This document shows positions 33,871 through 44,077 of a DNA stretch of 64,000 nt, piece after piece. The notes under the pieces were generated by a model. The model ran no database searches, had not been told where the DNA came from, and worked only from the letters and a program-made list of their open reading frames with translations. This DNA comes from an uncultured Gemmatimonadaceae bacterium. GTDB lineage: Bacteria; Gemmatimonadota; Gemmatimonadetes; Gemmatimonadales; Gemmatimonadaceae. The translations under genes and the position numbers were made by a program. The number at the start of each line of letters is the position of its first letter. Position 1 is the stretch's first letter. Location: the NCBI GenBank assembly GCA_963740355.1, contig CAVUDW010000002.1:1632001-1696000 (forward strand), read 5' to 3'.

Positions 33871-34286
33871 CACGGGTATCGCTCGCGCAGGTGCTCGATC
33901 GAGTCCTTCACGAGCGCGTCCAGTGCAGGTAGGTCGATATCCTCGAGCCGCTTGATGTGGATGCATCCCTTGCCCGCCTTGTACTTGCCGAGCTTGGCCA
34001 GCAGGGCGTCGTGGCGCGCAGAGCCCGGGGCGATGTAGAGCGTGATGCGATCCTTCCGCGGCGCAAAGGCGACCAGCATCCACTCCTCGGTGGTGCCATT
34101 GGCATACGTTCGGTTGTAGGTGCCACATCCGACGATCGTCGTGCCCCACATGCGTGCTGGCGCTTTCGTCGCCGCCTCGAAACGCTTCACGATCGCGTAG
34201 CAGTCCTGCCTACGTTGCTCATCCTCGATCGCGTCGAGGAATGTTTTGACGCTGGCGGTCGTCTCTCGGGTCTTGGGTCCGGCCAT
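33870..34286 (-). CDS. DUF1801 domain protein
   Basis: MWGTTIVGCG.Y, FAPRK..ITLY, KLGKYKAGKGCIHIKRL. Confidence 0.88.
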   Translation of the reverse strand: MAGPKTRETTASVKTFLDAIEDEQRRQDCYAIVKRFEAATKAPARMWGTTIVGCGTYNRTYANGTTEEWMLVAFAPRKDRITLYIAPGSARHDALLAKLGKYKAGKGCIHIKRLEDIDLPALDALVKDSIEHLRERYP

Positions 34287-34365
34287 TCGTTCAACCTCGA
34301 GGGTCAACGGTCATGGATCGCACAGGTGAATGAAGCCGTCGCAACTCTCGCCCACATCAAGCTCA

Positions 34366-37153
34366 TCACCGTTTCACCTTCGCCCGCACTTCGTCGAAGA
34401 AGTTCTGCACCACCACCAGCGTCGGTGTCCCCGCCATCTCCAACCAGCTGTTGTCTCGCACCATCAGAAACCGCTGATCGTCCGGCGAGAGTGCAAAGGT
34501 GCCGCTGGCCAGCGCTCCCGCGCGAACGAACTCTGGTATCGCGAACAAGACGCGCGGCGGTTCCGCCGAGAAGGGCGGTCCCGGATTGATCCTCACGACG
34601 TACATCTTCCCGTTGGCCACGTAGAAGAGCTCGCGCCCGTTGTGCGCCCAGATCGGTGGACTGCCACCGCCGCTCGACAGCTGCCACTTGCCTGCGCTCA
34701 CATCTGGAAACGGACGCACGAATACCTCATGCGCGCCCTGCTCGTTCGACACGTATGCGAGCCAACGCCCATCCGGTGACAGTGCCGCGCCCCTTTCGTC
34801 GTAACCTGTCGCCACGAGGGTGCGCGCGACGCTGTCAACGTTCGGTTGGGCGGCGAGAATCTCGCCGTGTACGGAACCACTGATCGACTTGTTCGCCCCC
34901 AGCAGCACCCAGCGCCCATCCGGACTCACGATCGCGTCCGTCGGACTCCCTCGGCCCCACAGGAGCCTGGCCTCACCGGTTCCGTCGGCCGCCTGCTCCC
35001 ACACGGTGAAGCCTGGAGTGGGCGGTCGAGTCGCTCTGGGCCGACACGAGTCGGTCCGACAGAAACGTGATGGCTTTGCCGTCGGGCGTCCACGCCGGCG
35101 ATCGGTCTTCACCGGGGTTCAGCGTGAGCCTCGACACCGGGCCTTTCGGTAGCTGCTTGATCCAAATGTCTCGGCCAAGCTCGGTGAGCAGCGTGAGCGC
35201 GATGCGCCGTCCGTCCGGCGACAGCGCGATTCCCCAGTCGATCTCGAAATCCCCGCTGTATCCGCCTCCGGTATTCACCTGCCACGAGGAATCCACCGGC
35301 TCGACCTGCCCAGTACGACTCACCCACACGACAGCAGCGTTCGGCGCCGGGCCCGGCACGAATTCCTGGCGTCCCACCAGGTAATACGCGGTGCCGTCAT
35401 TCGAGATCAGGAATCCCGGCGCCTGAATCCCATCCAGCACGGGGACTGGCCGACCAGTAGCAGAAAGAGTCGAATTGTCCCACGGCGCCGCCATGAGCGT
35501 GCCACCGCTGGTGAGGTACAACACATGTCCGGTCGGGATGTACCAGGCTCCGATGGCATCCTCGAATAACGCGCGAACGGTATCCCGACGCGCATCGTAC
35601 ACGTACACTCGACTGGGACGACAGCTGACCGGCCCCACGCACTGGGTGAGATGGGCCGTGAACAGGACACCACGTGAGTCAGGGAGCGGCGTTGGTATCC
35701 ATGGGAAGCGGCCCTCCAGCGCGGTGCGCGAGACGATCACCTTCGATTTCGCCTCTCCGGACCCGAGACGACGCAGCGTGCGAGATGTCGCGTCGTAGTA
35801 GACAATGGAACCGTCCTCCAGCCACGCGCCCCGGTTGTACACCGCGTTGACGGAATCCTCGAGCTTGAGGGACGTTCCGCCCGTGCTCGGAATTCTGCGC
35901 AGTTGGTTATTTGCGACGAATCCGATCGACGCTCCGTCGGGAGAGAAGAAGGGGCCCGATCCACCTTCCGTGCCGGCCAGCGGCCGTGCAACGACTTCAT
36001 CACGTCGCTTGATGTACAGCTGGCCGGGACCGGTCAGCGGACTGCGGAACACCAGTGACATTCCATCGGGTGAGAGCGCGGCTTCGACCCCGAACGTGAG
36101 CCCATCGAGTACGCCTTGCGCGCCAAGCGTCGTGACGTTGCGCGAGACGGACGTCGCTGCCTGACGCGGGCGCATCCACCCCCACGTCGCGAGAGCGATC
36201 GCCAGCAAGGTGACTGCTGTCAGCGCCGGAAGGGCCATGCGACTTGAGGCCATCCCTGTAGCGGCGACGGTCTTGCCAGCGGCGACGCGCCCGGTGAACG
36301 ACGGATTGCGAAGCGCCTCGGCGAACGCCTTTGCGCTGTCGAAACGGTCGGCCTGGAGTTTCTCCAATGAGGTCGCGACCGCCGCCGCGACGTGTGGCGG
36401 CACCGCCTTGCGCAACTCCCTGACTGGTCGCGCGACGTCCACCACGATCTTCATGATGATCATCTGCGCCGACGAGCCGGTGTGTGGCGGTTCTCCTGTC
36501 AGTAGTTCGTACAGGACTGAGCCAAGCGAGTAGATGTCCGAGCGGTTGGTGATGTGCTTCTCAGCCGTCGCCTGCTCGGGGGACATGTAGTGCGGCGTGC
36601 CCACCGACACACCGGTCTCCGTCATTCGACCGCCTGCCGCCGCGCTCACTGCCAGCGCGATGCCGAAGTCCGCGACGATTGCACGACCGTTGCTGAGGAG
36701 GATGTTTTCCGGTTTGATGTCCCGGTGCACGACGCCTTGCTCGTGTGCGTACTGCAACGCGTCCGCGACCTCGGTGGCGATGGTCACCGCCTCGTCGATG
36801 CCGAGCTGTTGCTCGCGATCGAGTTTCTCCCGAAGGTTTTCGCCTTGGATGAACGGCATGACATAGTACAAGAACCCCGGGCTGCCGCCGCCCGGCGAAA
36901 TCGTGCTGCCGCTGTCGTAGAGCGGCAGGATGTGCGGGTGCTGGAGCTGTGCGGTGGTCCTGATCTCCTGCACGAACCGGTCAGCGCCGAGCACGGCGGC
37001 GAGTTCGGGTCGCAGCACCTTCAGCGCGACCTTGCGGCCATGCTTCAGATCCTCGGCCAGGTAGACGGTCGCCATGCCACCCTCGCCGAGTTGACGCTCG
37101 ATGCGGTAGCGGTCGGCGAGGGCAGTGGCGAGGTGCGCGGTGATTTCAGCCAT
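34366..37153 (-). CDS. Ser/Thr kinase with TolB/PD40 propeller; apparent extra base at 35020-35022
   Basis: HRDIKPEN, DFG, GTPHYMSPE; SPDG repeats continue in shifted frame (ORF 34366..35112). Confidence 0.88.
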
Positions 37154-37273
37154 GCGCGTCGCGAGGCAGCGCGAAACGTGGCATTGTGTCGTGGGCCGGT
37201 CCGACCTGTCGATAAACGAGCAATGCCATGCGAAGCGATTGGGGTGGAGGATTCCAGCGTTGCGGCCCGACGC

Positions 37274-37732
37274 TCAGACGGCGGGTCTCGCCTCGCACAA
37301 CAGCTTGAGCCGCTGCAACGCCTTGGGCCAGGCCTGACTGATGTCCGCCTCCCACTCCTCGGTGACATCCTGGTCGACCGTCACGCGCGTGCCTTCGGTC
37401 GAGGCGATGAATGTGTAGTTCTCGTACGCCGGCGCCCAGGCGCGGATTGCATCGCTCTGGGTGTCTTCAACGCCATTGATGATGAATCCAATGTGGCGAA
37501 TCGATGTGAATTCGTTGAGCCGATGTTCCGCGACTTCAGCGACCATGCCATCACCAGACGGTCCCACGAATTTGATCTTCTCACCACGCTGCCACGATCC
37601 ATCGTACCGCGAGCCTTCGGCGAAGGCCGAGGCCCATTCCTGGTAGGACTCCGGATCGAGCATCGTCTGAAATACCACCGAGACGGGGGCCGTGATCTCC
37701 GTGGTGAATCGAACTCGTCTGTTCGTCGACAT
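37274..37732 (-). CDS. SRPBCC family protein
   Basis: ITAPVSVVF...YQEW...EGSRYDGSW...WPKALQRLKLLCE. Confidence 0.85.
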   Translation of the reverse strand: MSTNRRVRFTTEITAPVSVVFQTMLDPESYQEWASAFAEGSRYDGSWQRGEKIKFVGPSGDGMVAEVAEHRLNEFTSIRHIGFIINGVEDTQSDAIRAWAPAYENYTFIASTEGTRVTVDQDVTEEWEADISQAWPKALQRLKLLCEARPAV

Positions 37733-37889
37733 CTGCACCTCGTCTGGGCTTGATTCGTCGCCTGAAGCGAACCGTTTTCGCTGCGCGGTCACCGCCAATG
37801 TCGGCGATCCTCACGATACGCCGCTGGCAGAGTCAGCGACAGGCCGCGGGCCGCTCCCAACGCGCTGGTGGACGCGCCCTTTGTGGCCG

Positions 37890-39200
37890 TCACCTCGCCG
37901 GCACCGCAGTGCTTGCGGTACCGAAGTGCAGCACGAGGTGCGAATGCTCACCGAGGAAGAGTCGCGAATCCTGTCCTGTCCATGCGCTCGTGCCACGCAT
38001 CGACGGATCCCCGAGCGCTTGCACGTACCACGCAGGCTTCGGTCCGTTCGGGAGCGCGTCGAGCCGGATGGGCGTTGCGGGCGCGGGCTTCGGTGCTGCC
38101 ATCGCCGGCACGAAGGTGAGATAGTTTCCATCCGCGTCGAATGCGCGCGCACCGGACACCTTGTTGAGCAGGAGCATGAAGGCGCCCACGTGCGTGTTCC
38201 ATGAGAGTGATGGCCCCCAGTACCCGCCGCCATCTTCGCGCAGCCACGATTTCGCCGGTGGCAACAGCGGTGTGGCCTGGCCCAGTGGTGTCGTCGCCCA
38301 CATCTGGCCGACGCGCGGGCCAGGCGTGCCCTGAAGTCCGGGGGCCGACCAGGCGCCGTTGTGCCAGCGATGTGCCTTGCTCGTGCCGTCGGGCGCGAGT
38401 GGGTGATCGAGGTCGGCTAGTGCGATGCGCGCCAGCTGGATGCCCTGGGTGCTCGCATCATCGCCGGTGTAGTCGGTGAAGGCGATGTAGGCATAGGTGC
38501 TGTCTGGGCCCACCGCCATGCTCGGGTCACCAACGCCGCCGGTGAAGAAGCGCGCCGGCTGGTCGCAGCTGATTGCAAAGCTGCCGTCACTGACGATGAT
38601 GGCGAGGTTTTCCCAGGTGCGCCCGTTGTCGGTGGAGCGTCCGAGCCCGATGTGCGGCACCGATAGATATGGCCGGTCATTCGGAGGCGGACAGTGCACG
38701 TACGGCCCTTCCTCCAGATGATAGAGCCCGTAGAGAATGCCGGTGCGCGGCGCGCGATAGACCCCTTCCATCCAGCGCATGCGTGTGGTGGTCGGTCCAT
38801 CGGCGCTGTTGATGTCGTGCACATACCACTTCTTCTTCGCATCCCAGGCGAACTTCGGGTCGTCATCGGTGAAGCGCATCGGCTCGAAGGGCTGTGCCGA
38901 ACCGGCATCACGCCCGCCGACGCTGCGCCACGGATGCTGGTTCGAGACCATCTGGAAGAGCGTGTCGCCGACCCACCATGACGGACGGTTGCAGTCGCTG
39001 CCGACGGGGCTCGTCACGCGCACGGTGTCCACGGTGACGAGGGTGACGGTCGGCACGGTGAAGGGTGTGGCGGTGGCGGTCGCGGTGGAATCGGTGACTA
39101 CAGGGCGTGTGTCGCGGGCGCAGGCCGTGAGCAGCGCCAGCGCGAGGGTCAGGCGGCGCGGTGCAATCAGTCGTGGCGTGCGGGGATGCGTCTGGAGCAT
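37890..39200 (-). CDS. Lipoprotein, possible beta-propeller glycoside-hydrolase/sialidase-like fold
   Basis: Lipobox LTAC; Asp-box STDNGRTW; GVGDPS, YWGPSLSWN. Confidence 0.65.
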   Translation of the reverse strand: MLQTHPRTPRLIAPRRLTLALALLTACARDTRPVVTDSTATATATPFTVPTVTLVTVDTVRVTSPVGSDCNRPSWWVGDTLFQMVSNQHPWRSVGGRDAGSAQPFEPMRFTDDDPKFAWDAKKKWYVHDINSADGPTTTRMRWMEGVYRAPRTGILYGLYHLEEGPYVHCPPPNDRPYLSVPHIGLGRSTDNGRTWENLAIIVSDGSFAISCDQPARFFTGGVGDPSMAVGPDSTYAYIAFTDYTGDDASTQGIQLARIALADLDHPLAPDGTSKAHRWHNGAWSAPGLQGTPGPRVGQMWATTPLGQATPLLPPAKSWLREDGGGYWGPSLSWNTHVGAFMLLLNKVSGARAFDADGNYLTFVPAMAAPKPAPATPIRLDALPNGPKPAWYVQALGDPSMRGTSAWTGQDSRLFLGEHSHLVLHFGTASTAVPAR

Positions 39201-39273
39201 GATCGGCCCAAAGGGATGCGACGATGGGTGATGGAGCGACAGCCTGACGATATGTGCCGTGCCGCTCGCCGGT

Positions 39274-39431
39274 CAATCCGGTGACAGTGCACACATTCGG
39301 AGAAATCCGGTGACAGCAGGAATCCGGTGACGAGTAATCCGGTGACAGTGCACTCAATTCCAACGAATTGAGTGCACTGTCACCGGATTACTCCGGATTA
39401 CTCAGTCACTGATTTCTCGTCACCGGATTTC
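39274..39431. repeat. REP-like cluster with multiple truncated arms
   Basis: Four aatccggtgac starts and several gtcaccggatt-like ends around one full palindrome. Confidence 0.92.
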
Positions 39432-40145
39432 TCAGTCGCCACGCGGCCGCTTCGGCGACAGGATTCGCACCTCGGCGCGATGGATCAGGACCTCGGGTGG
39501 CGTGTTCACGACACTCATCACCGCCGCCGCCACGTCGTCGGCGCGCAGCTGCGACGTCGCGCGCGGGCCACCGCCGCCGCCGAACTCCGTGGCCACCGAG
39601 CCCGGGCTCACCACCGACACTTTCACGCCGGCGTCGCGTACCTCGAGCATCAGGTTCTCGGCGAAACCCATCACCGCATGCTTGGTCGTCGCGTAGCCGG
39701 CGCCTCCCACGAACGCGCTCCGCCCCGCGATCGACCCGATGATCACGATGTGGCCCTGGCCACGCGCGACCATGGCAGGCAGCACGGCACGCGTCACGTG
39801 ATAGAGCGCGTTGACGTTGACGTCCATCATCGTGTGCCACTCGTCGGGCGTGAGCTCGAGCAGCGGCTTCATCACGCCGACGCCGGCGTTGTGCACGAGG
39901 ACGTCCACGGTGCGCCCGTGCAAAGCGCTCGCGATTCGGTTCGCGATGCCCGGTGCGTCACTGAGGTCCAGCAGCAGTGACTCCGCTTCGCCGCCAGCTG
40001 CCTGCACCTCGGCGACAACGCTGGCGAGCGCTTCCTCATCACGCGCCGCTGCCAGCACGCGATGGGTCGCGGCGAAGCGGAGTGACAGGGCGCGACCGAT
40101 GCCACGCGAGGCACCGGTGATGAAAACGAGGGGCTTGGACGTCAT
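39432..40145 (-). CDS. Short-chain dehydrogenase/reductase
   Basis: TGASRGIG, HNAG, YATTK. Confidence 0.95.
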   Translation of the reverse strand: MTSKPLVFITGASRGIGRALSLRFAATHRVLAAARDEEALASVVAEVQAAGGEAESLLLDLSDAPGIANRIASALHGRTVDVLVHNAGVGVMKPLLELTPDEWHTMMDVNVNALYHVTRAVLPAMVARGQGHIVIIGSIAGRSAFVGGAGYATTKHAVMGFAENLMLEVRDAGVKVSVVSPGSVATEFGGGGGPRATSQLRADDVAAAVMSVVNTPPEVLIHRAEVRILSPKRPRGD

Positions 40146-40256
40146 GTCACCAGAATGCCGCATTGTGCGCACGCTGGCAACACGGTTGAGGTGCGATCAC
40201 GGGGACGGAGATCCTGAACCTTTCTGATCTCCGTCCCCATGATCGGCGCTGACCGT

Positions 40257-41357
40257 TCACGGATACAGCGGCGTCTTCCCGAAGACGTTGAACGGCATCA
40301 GCGTGAAGCCGGTCCACATCACGTGCGTCATCTGCTTGTCCTCGTCACGGATGACGTGATGCAGTCCGCCGTAGTACCAGAGCACCACGTCCTGCTGGCG
40401 CACCGACTCCCCGTTGGTGTATGTCGGCAGTGCTGTCGCCGTGAACTCGTTCCAGCGGTAGCGCGTCACCCAGACGGTGTTCTTCGTGAACGCCTCCTGG
40501 TGCACTGGGATTCCCGTCACCTGCGGCATCAGGTGCCAGGCTGAGGGCTTCCCGTTGGTGTTGCGAAGCGTCGCATCGGTGATGTCCCAGCTTCTGAAGC
40601 CCGTCGCCGACCAGGGCATCCCACCCTCCGTCACGATCGGCGTGTGGCTGTCCACGCCTTGTGCACCAGACTCGGCGTGCGTCATCATCATCACCTGATC
40701 CGAGCCGGCACCGTTGAGATCCAGATCGAGTCGCCACAGCGGTCCATGCATGTGTGTCGTGGTGCCGGCCGGGATGCCTGTCGCGCCGACGCGGGCGGTC
40801 ATGATCCCGTCGTCGCGGAATGTCCACTCGATGATGTAGTTGTAGTTCGCTGCCGCGAGCACGCTGAACAACACCAGTTCCTCACCGCGCCGCTTTTGCC
40901 CGTCGTGCTTCCATGCGAGCCCGCGGTCGTGCACCTGCTTGCAGACTTGGCTAGCGCCGAGCACCACGCCGGTTGGGGCAGGGCAGTCAGTGCCGTCGAG
41001 TGGCACCCAGCCGAAGTTGTAGCCGACGTCCAGATAGCGCGGCGATCCGCCGTGGTACGGCACGAACAGCTCGGCGAGTCGCGCATCGTAGACAAGCTTG
41101 ATCCACGCGGCGTTCGGCGAGGGCCGGAACCACGCGCCGGAGATGATGAGTCCATTCCCGCGCACCACCTGCCAGCACAGCTTCCAGCGCGTCTCCTCAG
41201 TGCCCGAGGTAGGAAAGCGCTGTTCGATGTAGTACGGCTCCGAGCAGCTCTGCGCCTGCGCATGCAGCTCGGGCACAGGCGCCATCGACGCGAGTACGAA
41301 GCCGAGCGTGGTCATGGCGCCGCGCAGCAGTGCACGGGGAAAGAGGCGCTGTGTCAT
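40257..41357 (-). CDS. Secreted copper amine oxidase, catalytic domain only
   Basis: YLDVG (base Asp), ANYNY (TPQ Tyr), HMH...WRLDLDL and GLHHVIRDED (Cu His); signal peptide. Confidence 0.82.
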   Translation of the reverse strand: MTQRLFPRALLRGAMTTLGFVLASMAPVPELHAQAQSCSEPYYIEQRFPTSGTEETRWKLCWQVVRGNGLIISGAWFRPSPNAAWIKLVYDARLAELFVPYHGGSPRYLDVGYNFGWVPLDGTDCPAPTGVVLGASQVCKQVHDRGLAWKHDGQKRRGEELVLFSVLAAANYNYIIEWTFRDDGIMTARVGATGIPAGTTTHMHGPLWRLDLDLNGAGSDQVMMMTHAESGAQGVDSHTPIVTEGGMPWSATGFRSWDITDATLRNTNGKPSAWHLMPQVTGIPVHQEAFTKNTVWVTRYRWNEFTATALPTYTNGESVRQQDVVLWYYGGLHHVIRDEDKQMTHVMWTGFTLMPFNVFGKTPLYP

Positions 41358-42037
41358 CGCGCACCGTCCTTCACCATAACGGAGTCGTTCAGCAGGTCGA
41401 CCACCACTCGGCCGAGATGCACATAGGAGTTGTTGACGCGAAAGAAGAGCGCAACACATCGTCGATTCGCGCACCGATCGCCGGGTGGCCCCAGGAGCCG
41501 GATACCGTCGATGCGGGTGGCGGCGGTATCGGTCGGTTCGCCCGCCGCACGCTGGAGGCGGAACTCCGGCAGACGTCCATCGAACAGCTTGCGCACGCGT
41601 TCATCGGCGATCGCGATGCGCGCTGCACGCGCGACCTCTTCCTCGGACAGCGGCACATCGGCACCGCGGGCGCGAGTCACGTCGAGCACCTTGGCCGTCG
41701 CGAGATCCACCAGTGCCGTGACGCCTGTGTTGCGGGCGCGGACGAAATACTGGACGGCGGCCTGGCGAGAGACCTCGGCGTCGCCGTCGCGATTCTCGCG
41801 GCGTGGCTTGCCGGCGATGAAGCTGACGTCAACGAGCACCGGTGCGTCGCGACCGATCAGTTCGCGGAGCCGCGGGTCGGCGCGTGCGACGCTGTCGGCT
41901 AGAACGCGTTCGCGCGGGGTGAGCGGGTCGAGCGGTCGGGGTCGCTCGATGACAGGCTGCGCGGTGAGTGTCGCGGCGAGCAGCAGGGTCGCGATAGGGC
42001 TGGCGAGCCGAGGCAAGGTGGGGCGGGGAGTGATCAT
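41354..42037 (-). CDS. Secreted protein resembling amine oxidase N2/N3 domains
   Basis: PLDPLTPRE and PLSEEEVARAARIAIADERV motifs; translationally coupled to the oxidase gene. Confidence 0.65.
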   Translation of the reverse strand: MITPRPTLPRLASPIATLLLAATLTAQPVIERPRPLDPLTPRERVLADSVARADPRLRELIGRDAPVLVDVSFIAGKPRRENRDGDAEVSRQAAVQYFVRARNTGVTALVDLATAKVLDVTRARGADVPLSEEEVARAARIAIADERVRKLFDGRLPEFRLQRAAGEPTDTAATRIDGIRLLGPPGDRCANRRCVALFFRVNNSYVHLGRVVVDLLNDSVMVKDGAR

Positions 42038-42135
42038 GCGGTGCCTCCTGGAGGGGGTGGCGTGCATATATCAGGACGCTGGAATCACCGGGGACTCTCA
42101 AGCCTGTTGTGATCGCGTCGTACGGCCGTTCCCGT

Positions 42136-42190
42136 AATTCCGGTGACAGTGCACTCAATCATTGAAATGAGTGCACTGTCACCGGTTTTC
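42136..42190. repeat. REP-like palindrome
   Basis: aattccggtgacagtgcactcaatcattgaaatgagtgcactgtcaccgg. Confidence 0.9.
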
Positions 42191-42340
42191 CGCCGTGCCG
42201 CTCGCCAGACGTGGCGTGCGGTAGCACCGGCGCTGTTGCTTCGCACGCAGGCTTCCTCCGTTGCAACCATCCCGTCCCGGCATCGTATTCGGGAAGCATG
42301 CGGCACGCTTGAGAGTCCAACCAATCCCCCAGGCAGATTG

Positions 42341-43270
42341 ATGCGCAAGTTTCAGGTGGTCATGGCCACCGTTGGATTGATGGCCTGCTCGAGCGGTCTG
42401 CGCCCTCGCGCCGACGTCGCGAGTGCCTCTGCAGGTGCGGACGAACAGTCCGTCCCGCTTCTCGAAGTTGACCGCCGTCTCGGTGCTGCCGCCGCGACGA
42501 AACCGATGCTGGAAGGACTGGCCTCGATGCTCGCGCCCGATGCAATGTCGCCAGCTTCAGGCCTCGGACTCCTCGACGGGCGCGACACGATTCTCGCGAC
42601 ATTCGCTCGTGACACCCTCAACGCGACATCGCGGGTGCGATGGGTGCCCGTGCGCGCGGGCGTCTCGGCCGACGGCTCACATGGCGTCACCATCGGTCTG
42701 CTGACTGTCACACGAAGCACCGGGGTGACTCAGGAGTACAAGTATCTGGCGTACTGGGTTCGCGCGGCCGATGGATGGCGGGTACAGGTATGGCGTCGCA
42801 CGCCGCGCGCGGCTGGCGTCACCAGCGCGACCAGCGAAGCGCCGTGGCTTCCGTATTACGGTGGCTCGCCGCCCCGCATGCTCAGCGGTGCGGCACTTGA
42901 TAGCGCGCGCCGTCAGCTCATGGGCATGGAGACCCTCTTTTCCGATTCAGCAAAACGCATCGGCCTCGGGCCAGCCTTCCTTGCATTTGGTGCCGCCGAC
43001 GCGATGCACCTCGGCGGACCGCAGAGCCCGGACCTGATTCGTGGCAACGTGGCGATTGCGCGGTCGGTGCAGGGTGATGGGCCGGCGAGTGCGAGTCCCG
43101 TCACATGGAGCGCCGAGCGTGCGCTGATCGCGCCAAGCGGCGACCTCGGCGTGACACTTGGATACATCGTGCCGAATGGCGCCGGAACGGCAGGCAATCC
43201 ACCGCGACGCATCCCGTTCTTCACCGTATGGCGCCGCGACGCGGCGGGGTGGAAGTACATCGCCGAATGA
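42341..43270 (+). CDS. Lipoprotein with tandem NTF2/DUF4440-like domains
   Basis: Lipobox LMAC; VSADGSHG.T.G...YLAYW and SGDLG.T.G...FFTVWRR. Confidence 0.8.
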   Translation: MRKFQVVMATVGLMACSSGLRPRADVASASAGADEQSVPLLEVDRRLGAAAATKPMLEGLASMLAPDAMSPASGLGLLDGRDTILATFARDTLNATSRVRWVPVRAGVSADGSHGVTIGLLTVTRSTGVTQEYKYLAYWVRAADGWRVQVWRRTPRAAGVTSATSEAPWLPYYGGSPPRMLSGAALDSARRQLMGMETLFSDSAKRIGLGPAFLAFGAADAMHLGGPQSPDLIRGNVAIARSVQGDGPASASPVTWSAERALIAPSGDLGVTLGYIVPNGAGTAGNPPRRIPFFTVWRRDAAGWKYIAE

Positions 43271-43330
43271 GCGACGCGTGATCCGGGACACCGAATCGGA
43301 TGGCGACAGCGACTGAAAGTCCGCCGAAGT

Positions 43331-43394
43331 CGGTGACATTTTTTCCGGTGACAGTGCACTCAATCATCGAAATGAGTGCACTGTCACCGGTTTT
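43331..43394. repeat. REP-like palindrome, near-identical to the 42136 copy
   Basis: ccggtgacagtgcactcaatcatcgaaatgagtgcactgtcaccggtttt preceded by truncated cggtgaca. Confidence 0.9.
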
Positions 43395-43403
43395 GCCTAC
43401 CGC

Positions 43404-44030
43404 TCACCGCGGCGGGCGTCCCTTGATCGGAATCGACAGGCCCGCCGCCGCTTTCGGCGCGGCACGCAGGGATTCATTTGTCAGCTCAATGCGTGTGCCC
43501 GCCATCGCGCGCGCCGCCCGTCCGGGGAGCTGGCAGCTGATGCCCGTCCCGATGACGTACTGACCAGACAGTTCGGCCGGCAGGTCGACGAACCCGGTCG
43601 ACTTTCCGCTGAGGAAGCCGTTACGCTGCGGCGTCGGCGCAAGCGCGAGCGGAGCGGTCGGCTGAATCGGTGTGACATGCAGACGCCCGGGGCTATCCTC
43701 GACACCGACCTTCGCGATGGTCATCCCAAGCTGCGGGCTGGTACAGGTGGCCGGTACGGTGTAGCTGACGCTGAGCGTGACGCGCGCGGCCTTCGACAGG
43801 CGGAACACCTTGAGGGACGGCGTTTCGCTCACGAGCGTCAGCGCAGATGCATCTGGCGTGGACAGGGAGGCGACACTGGTCACCCCGCCGCACCCATTCG
43901 TCGGGTTCGCACACTCGATGTTGCCCTGCGCGTGCGCGACGGTGACCGTGCCGGCCAGCAAGAGCGTGACGAGTATGCCAATACGCGGCGCGGCGTTACC
44001 GCATGAAATAGTCAGCGCGGTCAGCGCCAT
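43404..44030 (-). CDS. Secreted Cys-containing hypothetical protein (paralog B)
   Basis: GAGGAG RBS, signal peptide ending AHA-Q; similarity to 44078..44719. Confidence 0.7.
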   Translation of the reverse strand: MALTALTISCGNAAPRIGILVTLLLAGTVTVAHAQGNIECANPTNGCGGVTSVASLSTPDASALTLVSETPSLKVFRLSKAARVTLSVSYTVPATCTSPQLGMTIAKVGVEDSPGRLHVTPIQPTAPLALAPTPQRNGFLSGKSTGFVDLPAELSGQYVIGTGISCQLPGRAARAMAGTRIELTNESLRAAPKAAAGLSIPIKGRPPR

Positions 44031-44077
44031 GATGCACTCCTCGAGAGATGGGGAAATGGACAACGTGGCGGCAGCGA

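Noticed and set aside
34771..34785. REP-like atccggtgacagtgc inside the TolB kinase gene
   Set aside because: Encodes the natural ALSPDG propeller motif; no partner arm
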